Numbered from the stretch's first letter, positions 1-12,434 are shown. The stretch: 64,000 bases of DNA from Eledone cirrhosa (GCA_964016885.1 OZ024760.1:23498001-23562000), one strand, 5' to 3'. A program made the numbers and translations. Notes: a model not told the origin generated them from the sequence alone.

Positions 1-44
<44 letters not shown>

Positions 45-71
45 CATATACATATATACATATATATATTC

Positions 72-110
<39 letters not shown>

Positions 111-311
111 AATGATATTAAATAAATATGTATTCTACAAAGTTTGTTTTATAAATATTGACATATCCAGGAAGAAGATCTGAACGGTTCAATTTTTTCC
201 TGATTTATTTAATATCATTGATATTATACTCCAGAGAATCAGTCGAGTTCTTAGAATCAGTTATAAACATATATATTTGTTGAATTACCTACAAATTAAA
301 TATCTCTTTTG

Positions 312-342
<31 letters not shown>

Positions 343-346
<4 letters not shown>

Positions 347-543
347 TTAATATAGATGAGATTCTACAGGACTAGAACTGTTTCATTCTTTAGAAATCAT
401 CAGGAATCAGTGATTCCTGATGATTTCTAAAGAATGAAACAGTTCTAGTCCTTTAGAATCTCATCTATATTAAAACTTTTATACTCTGCAATGTATTGAG
501 TACCTTACTTACTGTGGTTACCTCCGATTCAACCCAGAATAAC
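343..543. mobile_element. Palindromic HHR mini-element, family A copy 1 (inverted repeat 343-477 plus tail to 543) inside (TA)n
   Basis: Near-perfect inverted repeat centred at ~410. Each arm reads gattc-CTGATGA-tttctaaagaat-GAAAC-ag..ct-GTA-gaatc; the plus arm has TTA instead of GTA. A second copy lies at 12536-12737. Confidence 0.8.
360..408 (-). ncRNA. Type I hammerhead ribozyme (family A)
   Basis: Minus strand: stem I gattc/gaatc, core CUGAUGA, short stem II, GAAAC, stem III acag/ctgt, cleavage triplet GUA. Confidence 0.7.
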
Positions 544-689
544 GTATATATATATCTATATATATATATATATATGTAAAAGGTAAACAGAAATAACACC
601 ACAATCGGTACAGTATAAGAGATAGAGAGAGAGCGGGAGAGAGATTGGTATATATATAGATATACAGACACAAGCACACACACATAAAC

Positions 690-731
<42 letters not shown>

Positions 732-1011
732 GAAAATAAAACATTTATTGCTCCAATTAATCTATTAACTCTCAACAAATACCCTAAAACGACCCCGAAA
801 CTGTATCTATGACTCCTACCAAACAAACAGTACTCACCCTCTAATATCAGCAAATCAAACGGGGTGTACCTACTCTCCCAAACTCACATTTATCAACGAT
901 ACCCTAATACCCACACAAAGGCGCTACAGACGGTATCAAGCTGCAGCCGTCATATTACATAGTTTCTATATAATAAAGTCAAGCTCTTATTATACCTACC
1001 AATTATATAAA

Positions 1012-1660
1012 TATATTTGGGGGTGGTCATGGAGAGAATATTGCACATAAATTGAAACACTTTTATGCTTGTTATTCAATCGTCTGTCATAGTTCTTTTG
1101 TCACACTCTGCGATATTCTCAACGACTATCTGTTCTCTTTTGTGCCTGGTCTTTTTTTCTGCTCTTAAACTTATTCTCCGTCTCCTCGTTTGTTTTTCGG
1201 TGCCATTTTCTGATTCTTCTCCGCGCATTCGCTTACACCTGCACCTTCACCTGTGTGTGAATGTCTTAGCGGTTGTCATATTTATGTTTATTATGCTAGG
1301 TTGAATCTCACGCTGTGGCACTACTCTTTTCTGCTATCAAGTCATTAGATTGTCGGCCGTTACTATTCCAGTCGTGTTTTCTGTTTAGTCTAGGTTTATC
1401 TTCTCTCATGTGTGTGTCTTCCGTAATTAGTCTCATTTATGTATCAATTCTGTGTGATGATCCAATCATTTTTTCTCTGTTATCTTTTGAGCTTTCGTGT
1501 TCTAGTTTTGTATGATGGTAAAACTCTGATAAGCTTTTCTCATCCTTAGGTTCTCAACAGCATTCTTTTAATCTCTCTCGTATGTTAGTAACTGTCTCTC
1601 GTATATATGTCGTTGTCTTCGTTCTGCACCGACTCTTATCCTAAAGACTACCGTATATAT
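1012..1660 (-). mobile_element. Diverged relative of family E PLE-type terminal sequence
   Basis: Minus strand has gtgtgacaaaagaactatgac (compare gtgtgacgtaagaactctgac at 12185) and terminates in a motif like tttgggagggtcat; bounded by AT-rich/TA sequence. Confidence 0.4.
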
Positions 1661-1681
1661 CTTATATATATATATATATAT

Positions 1682-1955
1682 AATTGAAAAGGTAAAGAAT
1701 AACATGGTCAACGGTACAAAAAAGGATTTATTTACAGTCTGACAATTGTTTCACTGATTAAGTTGTCTAAAATGTGCTGAACAATTGAAGCAGTACAACT
1801 CAATTTCAAATACGTTGTTAGCTTAACCAGATCATCGGAGATAACTACGTAAACGTCTTGTTGAGTCAAACAACGCCGTACGCTAAAACCATCCATAATA
1901 CGAAGTATTCACAAACTCTAACTGGATTACCTATAACGATATTTTGTTATCCCTG
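1682..1955 (-). mobile_element. Family G TA-inserted element with degenerate HHR (1736-1846)
   Basis: Minus: CCGATGA-tctggttaag...cttaatcag-t-GAAAC-aatt-GTC-aga. Tail catgttattctt is shared with 28387-28587. Confidence 0.5.
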
Positions 1956-2317
1956 ATATATATATATATATTTATATACATATATATACATGTATCTATT
2001 ATATATATGCAAGTGTATTTGCATATGGAAGCTCGTATATTTAACGAGATGACAAAAAATAATCTGGCCTGGTGACCTTGATTGTAGCCTGAGATAATCG
2101 ATATCGAAACAATTGTAATATGCAAATACATTTTGTACATATACTGCAGCATTGAATTCGATTCTTTTAAATCTACTTACACTTGAATACAAATGAAACG
2201 GACAACGTAACACCGTGAGTGATTCGAACGTCACGCCACCATTAACTCTTGCCAACACTTAACTAGCATATATGCATACACACACACACAGGCACACACA
2301 TACACAGACATATATAT

Positions 2318-2513
2318 AGGAAAAGAGTCACAACTCCGACGGCAGAGATCAAGCCGTTTCGACAGCTATCCAGAAATAGCTGCTAAAACGGCATCAGCTC
2401 TGCCGTAGGGCTCCTTAAATTTCTGCTATTACCAACTCTACTACCCAAAATATCGAGTACTATGGTGCGTTATTGCGTTATGGTCCAGCTGGTTCCTTGC
2501 CATACTAGCTTCG

Positions 2514-2515
<2 letters not shown>
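2318..2515. mobile_element. Family D palindromic mini-element (diverged copy)
   Basis: Imperfect inverted repeat of the gccgtcgaaacggcttgagctctgccgt motif plus the tail tattacc..ctctactacc..ggtcca..cttcgtt; TA flanks. Confidence 0.7.
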
Positions 2516-2578
<63 letters not shown>

Positions 2579-2644
2579 GAAGAGAGAAGAAACATTTAGA
2601 TATAATTAGTAATAAAATGTATCATACCTAAACTGCTCCTAGAT

Positions 2645-2734
2645 TCCTCGACTACGTAGTTTCGTGGCATAAACAAAAACAATACATCATAAAGATATAG
2701 AGTCCCTGCGAGGTCTGCCGACTTATCAAGAGGA
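2645..2734 (-). ncRNA. Degenerate type I HHR within a TA-inserted element (2575-2770)
   Basis: Minus: tcctc-TTGATAA-gtcggca...tgccac-GAAAC-tacgta-GTC-gagga. Stem I is perfect, stem III is palindromic (actacgtagt), and the core has two substitutions. Confidence 0.55.
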
Positions 2735-2928
2735 TACCTCATTTTACTAGTCTCAAGAACGCGTCTACATATATATATATATATAGAGAGAGAGGGATAG
2801 ATGAACGTACGAAAAAATTCAGGATCCTGACGGGTGAGCTACTGGATTTGTTCATATTACCCACTCTATTACGACAAGTATCGAGTAATATGGTGGGGTA
2901 TGGTCAACGTGGTATTTTACAACAATTG

Positions 2929-2999
<71 letters not shown>

Positions 3000-3044
3000 A
3001 TACTTTGGGAGGGTCATGTTGCCAATATATATATATATATACTC

Positions 3045-3112
<68 letters not shown>

Positions 3113-4153
3113 CTACTGTACGTCTGTGAATCCATACGTACATATATATATATGTATATTATATATATATATCATATATATATATATATATTATATATAT
3201 TTATATTATATATATATATTACATATATATATATATATAATATATATTATATATATATATTATATATATATATTTTATATATTATAAATATATATTATAA
3301 ATATATATTATATATATATATATATAATAAATATTATATATATAAATAATATATATTATATATATATATATATTATATATATATATAATATATATTATAT
3401 ATATATATATATTATATATATATATAATATATATTATATATATTATAAATATATATTATATATATATAATATATATTATATATATATAATATATATTATA
3501 TATATATATAATATATAATTACAGTCATTGAAATTAAGCACTTCAAAATGTCTTAATATCGCAAGAGTGCTTAGTTGAACCATGGTTCCGTGAAGGAGGG
3601 AAATGGTGGACTGAGGTTTGATATGATTTCCCTGTTTAGAGAGTTAATATGCAGGACTGTGCTTGTAAATAACATTAATTTTTCTTCCACATTGACTTTT
3701 TACGTTCCACATTATGAATTTTGTTTTTTCCCTTTTTCTGTTTTCTTTTTCTTTTTTCTTTTCACTTCTTAAAGTATGTTTGTAAAAAACATTATTCTTT
3801 CTGCCCCTTCTGTTTAACATTTGCGACACCACACTAATACATTTTACTATCATTTGATAATGCATATAAATGCAGAAACCGGTAATAGACAATAATTAAA
3901 TACATAAATACATAAATAAATGTCATTGTTAAATAATAAATAAATCAACTAATACCTTAACACTTAACACAAAGTAAAACATTTCGTTTTAATCATTTTG
4001 TAACCCAGAAAAAAGAGATATAGAAACAAAAAAAGTTAAAAAAAATGTTTTCTTCCTCATAATCGTCTCTTTCTACCGGTTTTCATAAATATATATATAT
4101 ATATATATTTATGAAAACAAAACAAAGAAGCCTTCAATACATCAAAAATCGTT

Positions 4154-4198
4154 ATTACCCAACAATGTTTCGTCCTATTAAGGACTCATCAGTGCAAT
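4154..4198 (-). ncRNA. Minimal type I HHR motif
   Basis: Minus: attgca-CTGATGA-gtcc-ttaata-ggac-GAAAC-att-GTT-gggtaat. Canonical core and perfect stem II; stem I is imperfect. Confidence 0.6.
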
Positions 4199-4883
4199 CA
4201 AAACCACAAGAAGCACTATCGGCCAATACAAGCCGAAAACTCCGAAGAATATGGAGTGTACATACACAAAAGTATTGGAAGATTATGGGTAAAAATATAT
4301 AATAAAAATCACTAAGGAGGTAGATAACATTTTGAACCATATTACAAATATAGTCCAAAGCAGAAAACTAGAACTAAACAAAGGTGGTTATATAGAGCGT
4401 GAATTATCGTACTATATGTAATACAATATAATATAATATAATATACTTGTAACAATATTAAAATTAAAATTAAAATTAAAAGGCACAATATACGTATGTA
4501 TATATATACGCCCACGTACGCACATATACATATACACCAATACACATTTCCATCATTAACAGCACAAATTAAACCTTATTAAGAGTTTAAATATAAATAA
4601 GCATAATAGGAATAAAAATAAAAATAATACGTATATCTAATATACAGTATAACATGAAGTAATGAAATGATTAAAAGTAACACATATAATATATAATAAA
4701 CCATATAATTATATTATATATAGTATAATTTAATAGATAATCTCCGGTTAATTTACACAAACGGCTCTGATTAATTACATTGAGCTATACATTTTACTGT
4801 CATTTCTATAATACGAAGAGGGTGTTTAACTCCAACACGCTTAAGTATTTTAACCCTTATATATATATATATATATATATATA

Positions 4884-5218
4884 TGCAAAGTTTTATTTAA
4901 ATTGTTGGGTTACAACGAGTAAATATTTATAACTGATATAAAAGCACTCAACAAGTATTTGGAGTATATTTACGATATTACATAAATGGAAACTATATTT
5001 ATAAAACCATATTTATTTCATTATATATATTTCAGGGATATCATATTAAAAATGGAAGTTGAAGTGTAAGGTATGTCAAATCTATCTATTTATAAGACTG
5101 TTTATATTGTATTTTGTCTGATGAAGGCATACCATATTTTTAATATGATATCCCTGAAATATATATAATGAAATAAATATGGTTTTATAAATATAGTTTC
5201 CATTTATGTAATATGGTA
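4884..5218. mobile_element. Family B inverted-repeat HHR mini-element
   Basis: Arms ~4969-5053 and ~5135-5218 are inverted, with the tail on the left. Related copies at 32884-33262, 46663-46835 and 57965-58140. Confidence 0.75.
5111..5174 (+). ncRNA. Type I HHR variant (GAAAU / AUA cleavage triplet)
   Basis: attttgt-CTGATGA-agg...cct-GAAAT-atat-ATA-atgaaat. Stem I has 7 bp including G-U pairs; stem III is the palindrome atatatat. Confidence 0.6.
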
Positions 5219-5253
5219 TATATATATATATATATATACCATATATGTAATAT

Positions 5254-5296
<43 letters not shown>

Positions 5297-5489
5297 TACT
5301 CGGTTAATGCCTGCAATTTTGGGTTTCCATAGTTCGTATGCCATATTTACCAAATTAACTTGATATCTGGCTAATCATGCAAGCTAGGAAATTTGCGTTT
5401 ATATAAATTAATGGTTTGCATAAGAGAGACCCGATATTATATCACGTGGGAGTGATTAGGTAGAAAACGATATGTCAATATATTATGAC

Positions 5490-6009
5490 GAATGTATGTG
5501 TGTGTGTGTGTGCTCTTGAATGTATGTGTGTCTATCTGTGAGTGGGTGTGCGTCTGCCTATGGCTGTATGTATGTGTGTGTGCGTGAGTGTGTCTGTGTA
5601 TATTTGTATGTGTCTATGCGTTTTTCTGTGAATATGTATGTGTGTATGTAAGTGTCTATGTCTGTGTATATTTGTATGTGTCTATGCGTTTTTCTGTGAA
5701 TATGTATGCGTGTATGTAAGTGTCTATGTCTGTGTATATTTGTATGTGTCTATGCGTTTTTCTGTGAATATGTATGTGTGTATGTAAGTGTCTATGTCTG
5801 TGTATATTTGTATGTGTCTATGCGTTTTTCTGTGAATATGTATGTGTGTATGTAAGTGTCTATGCCGGTGGCTCTGTATGTGTGTGTGTATGTGTGTGTT
5901 TATGCGGGTGGCTCTATATGTGTGTGTGTATGTATGTTTCTATGCCGGTGGCTCTGTATTTGTATGTGTGTATGTATGTCTCTATGCGGGTGCCTCGCTA
6001 TGTATGTAC

Positions 6010-6043
<34 letters not shown>

Positions 6044-7050
6044 GTGTCTATGCGGGTGGCTCTGTATGTGTGTGTGTATGTAAGTGTGTATGCGGGTGGC
6101 TCTGTATGTGTGTGTATGTCTCTATGCGGGTGTCTGTATGTGTGTGTGCGTCTGTATATATGTATGTGTGCGTATCTGTATGTATACAGGTATCTGTATG
6201 AGTCTGAGTGAGTGTGTTTGTGTGTCTGTGTATGTGTGTATATATAAGTGTCTAAGTGTGTGCGTATGTGACTATGTATGTGTGTGTGTGTGTATGTCTC
6301 CGTCTGTGTTGGAGTATGTGTGTGTGTTTGTGGGTGTGTGTGCCATTGTATGTGAGTGTGTGAGTGTGTGTGTATCTGTGTATATCTGTGTCTATGTGTG
6401 TGTTTGTGTGAGTGTGTAACTATGTATGTGTGTGTGTATATATCTGTCTGTGTGGGTATCTATATGTGTGTGTGTGTGTATGCGTGACTGTTTGCCATTA
6501 TGTGAGTGTGTTTGTATGAGTCTCTGTGTGTTTGTGTGAGATAGTATGTGTGTGTGTGTGCCTGTGTGGGGAACTTATGTGTGTATATATGTGTGTGTGT
6601 GTGTGTGTGTGTATGTGTGTGTGCCATTTATGTGAGAGTATGCCTGTATCAGTGTCTCTGTGTGTGTGTCTGTATGTCTGTCTGTGTGTGTGGGAATCTG
6701 TGTGTGTATGTGTGCGTGTGGGAATCTATGTGTGTGTATGTGTGCGTGTATGTCATTTATGTGAGAGGGTGTTTATGTGAGGGTGTGTGTTTGTGTGTGT
6801 GAGTATGTGTGTCTGTCTGTTTTTTTGTGGTAATATATGAGTGTTTGTGTGTGTGTGTGTCATTTATGTGAGTGTGTTTGTATCAGTGTTTCTGTGTGTT
6901 TGTGTGAGAGAGTAAGTGTGTGTGTGTCTATCTGTGTAGGAATATATGTGTGTATGAGTGTGTGTGTGTGTTTGTGTGTGTCTGTGTGTCATTTATGTGA
7001 GAGTGTGTACGTGTGTGCGTCATTTATGTGAGAGTGTGTTTTTGTTTGTG
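5490..7050. repeat. Degenerate (GT)n region including a 66-bp tandem repeat (~5590-5860)
   Basis: Repeating tgtctgtgtatatttgtatgtgtctatgcgtttttctgtgaatatg units within a GT-rich tract. Confidence 0.85.
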
Positions 7051-7328
7051 TGCAGACATCTACTGTTCTGATGACGCTAAGCAATCACTATCTTTGCTGA
7101 AATGTCATAGCCATGTTGTAAGAAAATGTATGTATATGTACTTATAAGTGCATATATATGTATATATGTATGTGTGTAATATATATGTATGTATGTCTCT
7201 CTCTCACTCTATTTCACTCTCTCTCTCTCTCTTTCGCTCCCTTTCTCTTTCGCTCTATCTCTCTCTCTTTCGCTCTCTCTTTCTCCTTCTCTTTCTCTCT
7301 CTTTCGCTCGATCTCTCTCTCTTTCTCA

Positions 7329-7390
<62 letters not shown>

Positions 7391-8136
7391 TTCTCCTTCT
7401 CTCTCTCTCTCCCTGATTATATGTGCATAAGTCACATCTCGCTATCTGAATCAGATGTGTGTAAGTTTATATCTATGTCTATGTGTAAGTTTCTCTCTCT
7501 CTCCCTCCCCCCTCTCTCTCTGTAATTATACATCCATATCTCACATCACATATATATACATTAATATGTGCACCGTTCTCTCTCTTTCTCCCTCTCTCTC
7601 CCTCTACACCCCCCCCCTCGACACATCCTCATATCCCCCCTCCTCCTCAACACATCCCCATATCTCCCTCCCCATTCCATCCCCCACCCCCACTCCACCT
7701 ACCCCCACCCGCCTCCTCCTCTCTCTCCCCCCTCTCCCTCTCTATGTAATTATATATCCATACCTCACATCCCACTAACTGTATCATTATATGTCTGTAA
7801 CTATACAATATGCAATTGATAGCATTGTTACACGATGAGATTGGAACGACCAGTAGCCATGGCTTCTTCCCATTCTCCACTTATTTCTGTTGTTTCTCAG
7901 TTAATTCCTGACGGCTGAATGTTCACTAAACGTAATACTAACCTTAACACCAAACATCATTCATCTCATCCTCAGCTCTATCACTTTCTCTCTCTCTCTC
8001 TCTTTCGCTCTCTCTCTCTGTCTCTCCTCTCTCTCTCTCTATTTAACTTCCTACGTCTCTCACTCTTTCTTCGTCTCCATCTCTTCCTCTCTCTTTATAC
8101 ACACTCACACACATACATATATATAAATATAAATAT

Positions 8137-10040
8137 AGGAAAAAGTATGACCCCCTACGGCAGAGCTCAAGCCGTTTCGACGGCTATTTCTGGACTAAAT
8201 TAGAATTTTTAGTTTGGTAAATAAATAGCCGAACGTTTGAAGGAGTACTTCCTTATATAGGAAGATTGTAGTTGTCAAGAGGATTGGTCAAAATTTGTTG
8301 TGAACACAAATAATTCTATTATGGCAGTGGATAGGAGATGGAGGTGGCTGAACTTGCATATAGAACAATGAGGGAGTGGATGCTGCCGGTCAAGCGTTGA
8401 AAGTGTAATCCATACGGCAAATTATAAGGATTGTGTATGAAGGTAGGCCAGAGGTGGTAGGCGAAAAAAGGTTTCTGGAGAAAATAGAGGAGGGAAGTTA
8501 TAGAATAGGCAAATCAATTGAGATTAGGAGACAATACAAAAATATAATAAAAATATAAAATTGGATAATGAGAAGTGATAAAAAACAAAAAAAACTATAG
8601 AGTCTAAAACAGCTGCTATAATTAGTTGGTGTTGCTTTTTCGGCCACTGCTATAGAATGGGTTGAGAATAGAAGATACTAAATAAGAACTATTGAATTTG
8701 TAGACTTGGGTAGTAAAATGTAATACAAAATCTCTGGGGTCTAACACAGCTGCTGTGATTAGTTAGTATAGCGTATTCGGCCAATGCTATATTTAAGTTA
8801 CTGGGGTGGGGGTACTGAGGCTACAGAGGCCCGAGGGACTGCCTCGGGGTAGGAAAAAGGGGAAAAAAGAATGAGAAAGAAGATTGGTGTTGGAAGGAGG
8901 TGATAGGTGGAGACAAAGGGAAGAAGAAAACATAGAGGAAAAGAAAAGAGGTACATCTACCTATGTAAGCTGGGGTTTCCCCTATCTTATTCGGCAAGTG
9001 GGGTGTTCCAGCCCTTGTCTACCCACCCGGATTGTTAGGGGGTTTGAGGGCGAGGGAAGTCTTACGCAATCTGTGTTTGCATGCACTTAACAGTTCGTCT
9101 TTCTTGTTTAGGAGTTGATCCTTCGTAAGCAGCATTTTTAATATTTCCTCCGAGCATAAGTTACACGGACGGCGTCCTCCCGTGTAAGAGTCAGCTCTGG
9201 ACAGTAAGCTCCAAGTGAGATTGTAGGTTATATTATTATCTTGGAGGTCCCAGATGTAGCCCGAAAGGGTAGTGGCATGTTGCCAGACCGGGTCTCGGAA
9301 CGTATGTCGGTCTTAAAGTATAAGCTTTGTTGGAGGTGTCCGTCCTCACGTTGCATTGGTAGATCACGTTACGTTCTCGGCATCTGTTGTTGAGGGGGCA
9401 CGTAGATCTATCAGGGCAGTTACACCTCCTGATCGGCCCTCCTCTAATGTCTAGGTTGTTTCTTCCATAGGGGTTGAGTTTTTAGTTGTTTGAGGAAACG
9501 ATGTTTTGTGCGAAGTTAGGTGTGGTTCTGTAGGAGAGCTTGATAGTGTTTTTGTTGATTATGTTGTGCTAGTGGTGTTGTAGTGGAATGTGTTTTTGGA
9601 GGAGCCTAAAGAAGGTTTTCCCGATAGGTGTTGCCACATCTGTATTGTGGGGAGGATTGAACCACGGTACGGGGCGGGAGCGGCGGCGTCGCCTGCTTGT
9701 TCGGCTAAGGGAAGCTGGATAAAAGGATATTTCCTCCTGGAAGCCACTCCGCTTGAGGGCCTGGTTGTAATGAGGCGCATGTTTGTCGAATATCTTCTCA
9801 TTAGCGGACACGGGAGATATGCGGAGGGGGGTGTTTTTAACCAGGTTATTGGTTATGTTTCAAGGATGGTTAGAGCGGCGGTGGAAGTAGTGCAGGTTGT
9901 CGTTTGGTTTCCTGTATGGGTAGTACAGATCATTTTCGAGGTTGAGAGTAACGTCCAGGAAATTGACTCGTGTTAGGGATGTTTGTAGGGTGATCTTAAA
10001 ACCCCAGTCCCGGAAGAAGTTGATTAGTTGTTTATAAACT
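8137..10040 (-). mobile_element. 5'-truncated Penelope-like retroelement
   Basis: Decayed ORF 9019-10040, 3' UTR 8137-9018. The terminus matches the family D mini-elements. (TA)-type sequence flanks both sides. Confidence 0.9.
9019..10040 (-). pseudogene. PLE reverse transcriptase C-terminus/thumb, Cys linker and GIY-YIG endonuclease (disrupted)
   Basis: Manual translation: VNFLDVTLNLENDLYYPYRKPND..SNHP*..YNQALKRSGF..WFNPPH..IGKTFFRLLQKH..CNCPDRSTCPLNNRCRERNVIYQC..FRDPVWQHATTLSGYIWDL..CNLCSEE..LLNKKDELLSACKH. In-frame stops are present and the YIG segment appears deleted. Confidence 0.9.
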
Positions 10041-10091
10041 GTTATAAATATAAGTAATTATATATATATATATATATATATAAATATATTT

Positions 10092-10183
<92 letters not shown>

Positions 10184-10196
10184 AAATATATATATG

Positions 10197-10270
<74 letters not shown>

Positions 10271-10287
10271 TAAATATATATATGTAT

Positions 10288-10454
<167 letters not shown>

Positions 10455-10458
10455 TATA

Positions 10459-10479
10459 CACCTCTATTCTTTTAAATAA

Positions 10480-10518
<39 letters not shown>

Positions 10519-10533
10519 CCTCTATTATTTTAA

Positions 10534-10579
<46 letters not shown>

Positions 10580-10593
10580 CTCTATTCTTTTAA

Positions 10594-10645
<52 letters not shown>

Positions 10646-10701
10646 CTCTATTCTTTTAAATAAATATATATATATATATATATACACCTCTATTCTTTTA
10701 A

Positions 10702-10767
<66 letters not shown>

Positions 10768-10858
10768 CTCTATTCTTTTAAATAAATATATATATATATA
10801 TATATACACCTCTATTCTTTTAAATAAATATATATATATATATACACCTCTATTCTTT

Positions 10859-10895
<37 letters not shown>

Positions 10896-10955
10896 CTCTA
10901 TTCTTTTAAATAAATATATATATATATATATATATATACACCTCTATTCTTTTAA
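10459..10955. repeat. About 10 copies of the module cacctctattcttttaaataaa separated by variable (TA)n
   Basis: Module seen near 10459, 10517, 10577, 10643, 10685, 10765, 10807, 10845, 10893 and 10939. Confidence 0.9.
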
Positions 10956-10974
10956 ATATATATATATATATATA

Positions 10975-11710
10975 TTTTTTTGTTGACCATCGTAAACGAT
11001 AATGACATATTCTTTATTGTATTGTTGTTCCCGTCTGCCCTGGGCACAAAGGTGGCTGTGTAGGCCGATCCTTGACTTGCAGGTCTGAGGACAGTGGGGG
11101 CAGGGGAAGAGACCGGAGTCAGACTGGCAACTCCCAGAGGTTGCATCCATATGTTACCTCCACCTCTCGCCCATTGCCACAGGGCTTTGGGAGTTAACTC
11201 TAAAGAAGAAACATGTGCGGGAAAGGTTTATAGTGGGAGGGCCAGTGCAGAGTGACGGTCCCACTCACTCGGCCGCAGAAACCAGAATCCGGTGGTACAT
11301 AGGACCGTCACGACCAGGGACTTCCTTGGCTGTAGTCGATGGCCACGACGTCTGTAGTGCCTTGCCGTGCTCTAGCGCTGCACACCGCTTACTGTCGCCG
11401 CTTTTGTGATCGTGGGGACGATGGTGTCCTCCTCCACTTACTCTGCCTGGATCAGTCTTCGCATGAAGAGGCAGGCATCCCCTATCTAACTCACCGGGGT
11501 GTTTCAGACCCGTCCGGCTACCCTCAACTTGGTCCGGCCCGCCAGCTAAGGCGGTTTACTGGGGTGTGGCCGCTGTGACATGTTGCAGCTTCTTAGGGCC
11601 ATAGGTGAGCGCTGAGTGTCAGGTGGGACCCAATGCAGGACGAGCTGTCCTGAAAAGGGCATGGCTAGCCCTCCCTTCAGAGATGCATGCCCCTCCCTGA
11701 CAACTCAGGC
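10975..11710 (-). mobile_element. Internally deleted RTE-clade LINE derivative (5' UTR fused to ORF C-terminus and 3' end)
   Basis: C-terminal zinc-finger-like peptide FPCPHCPQTCKSRIGLHSHL typical of RTE ORF ends; 3' hairpin gtcattatcgtttacgatggtc then an A-run; GC-rich RTE-like 5' UTR; no EN/RT coding in between. Confidence 0.7.
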
Positions 11711-11769
11711 ATATACACACGCATATACATACACATACATATGTACATGTGTATATACATATTTACACA

Positions 11770-11964
11770 TTTTTGGATGGCCGTTGACTCTTATGAGTTC
11801 TTCCGCGCTTCGTTAGGTTTTCGTTTTTGTCCTGAAGGGTGTCCAAAATCACCCTCCTCACCAAGTAAACATAGTGGGGCTGCCACTTTAGTCGACGACG
11901 ACCCGACCTTGCGACAGGTTGTACTGGTTTACATTTTACAAGTAGCACTCAAGAGTGAGCTGAC
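11770..11964 (-). mobile_element. Short interspersed element, unclassified (possibly RTE-dependent); second copy at 63860-64000 (+)
   Basis: Shared cactcttgagtgctact..acaacctgtcgca.ggtcgggtcgt..ggtgaggag..gtgattttggacacc between the two copies; ends in ggccatccaaaaa. Confidence 0.6.
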
Positions 11965-12060
11965 ACTCTCTATATATATATATCATAAATGTAATAATAT
12001 GCTTGCGAATATGTATATATATATAATTATATATCATACATATATATATATATATATATG

Positions 12061-12388
12061 ATTAATTAACACATGCGCAAACTAAGCACACAACACACAC
12101 AAAAACAAGATGGCGTAGGACAGAACAAAGGAGAGGCACAAAAACAAAGAAAAGAATCCCCAGTCAATGAAGAGGTCACAGAATGTGTGACGTAAGAACT
12201 CTGACAGTATATGAACAACCGTCCGGTTGTGGAACCAACCAACCAACCGGAAATTTATAATTTTAATTTATAATAAATTGGAGTGAAAGCAGTGGTGCCT
12301 GTGTTTCTTATTGGCAAAGCATACCAATATCGATTTCAACAGACGTTTTCAGATAAAGAATCTTACTAAACAAATTCACAAACGAAAT
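12061..12388 (+). mobile_element. Family E PLE-type terminal sequence with HHR-like motif at 12163-12205
   Basis: Close match to 50090-50412. The two-copy consensus is gtca-CTGAAGA-ggtcaca..tgtgac-GAAA-gaa-CTC-tgac; tail ttttcagataaagaatc..aaacaaattca.aaacgaaat. Confidence 0.65.
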
Positions 12389-12434
12389 ATATATATATAA
12401 TTATATATCACACATATATATATATATTTATCAT

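Noticed and set aside
9590-9976. 128-aa plus-strand ORF
   Set aside because: It is the antisense shadow of the PLE RT pseudogene.
11640-11700. HDV-like ribozyme at the RTE 5' end
   Set aside because: Two helices are visible, but there is no room for P4 or J4/2 with a catalytic C between them.
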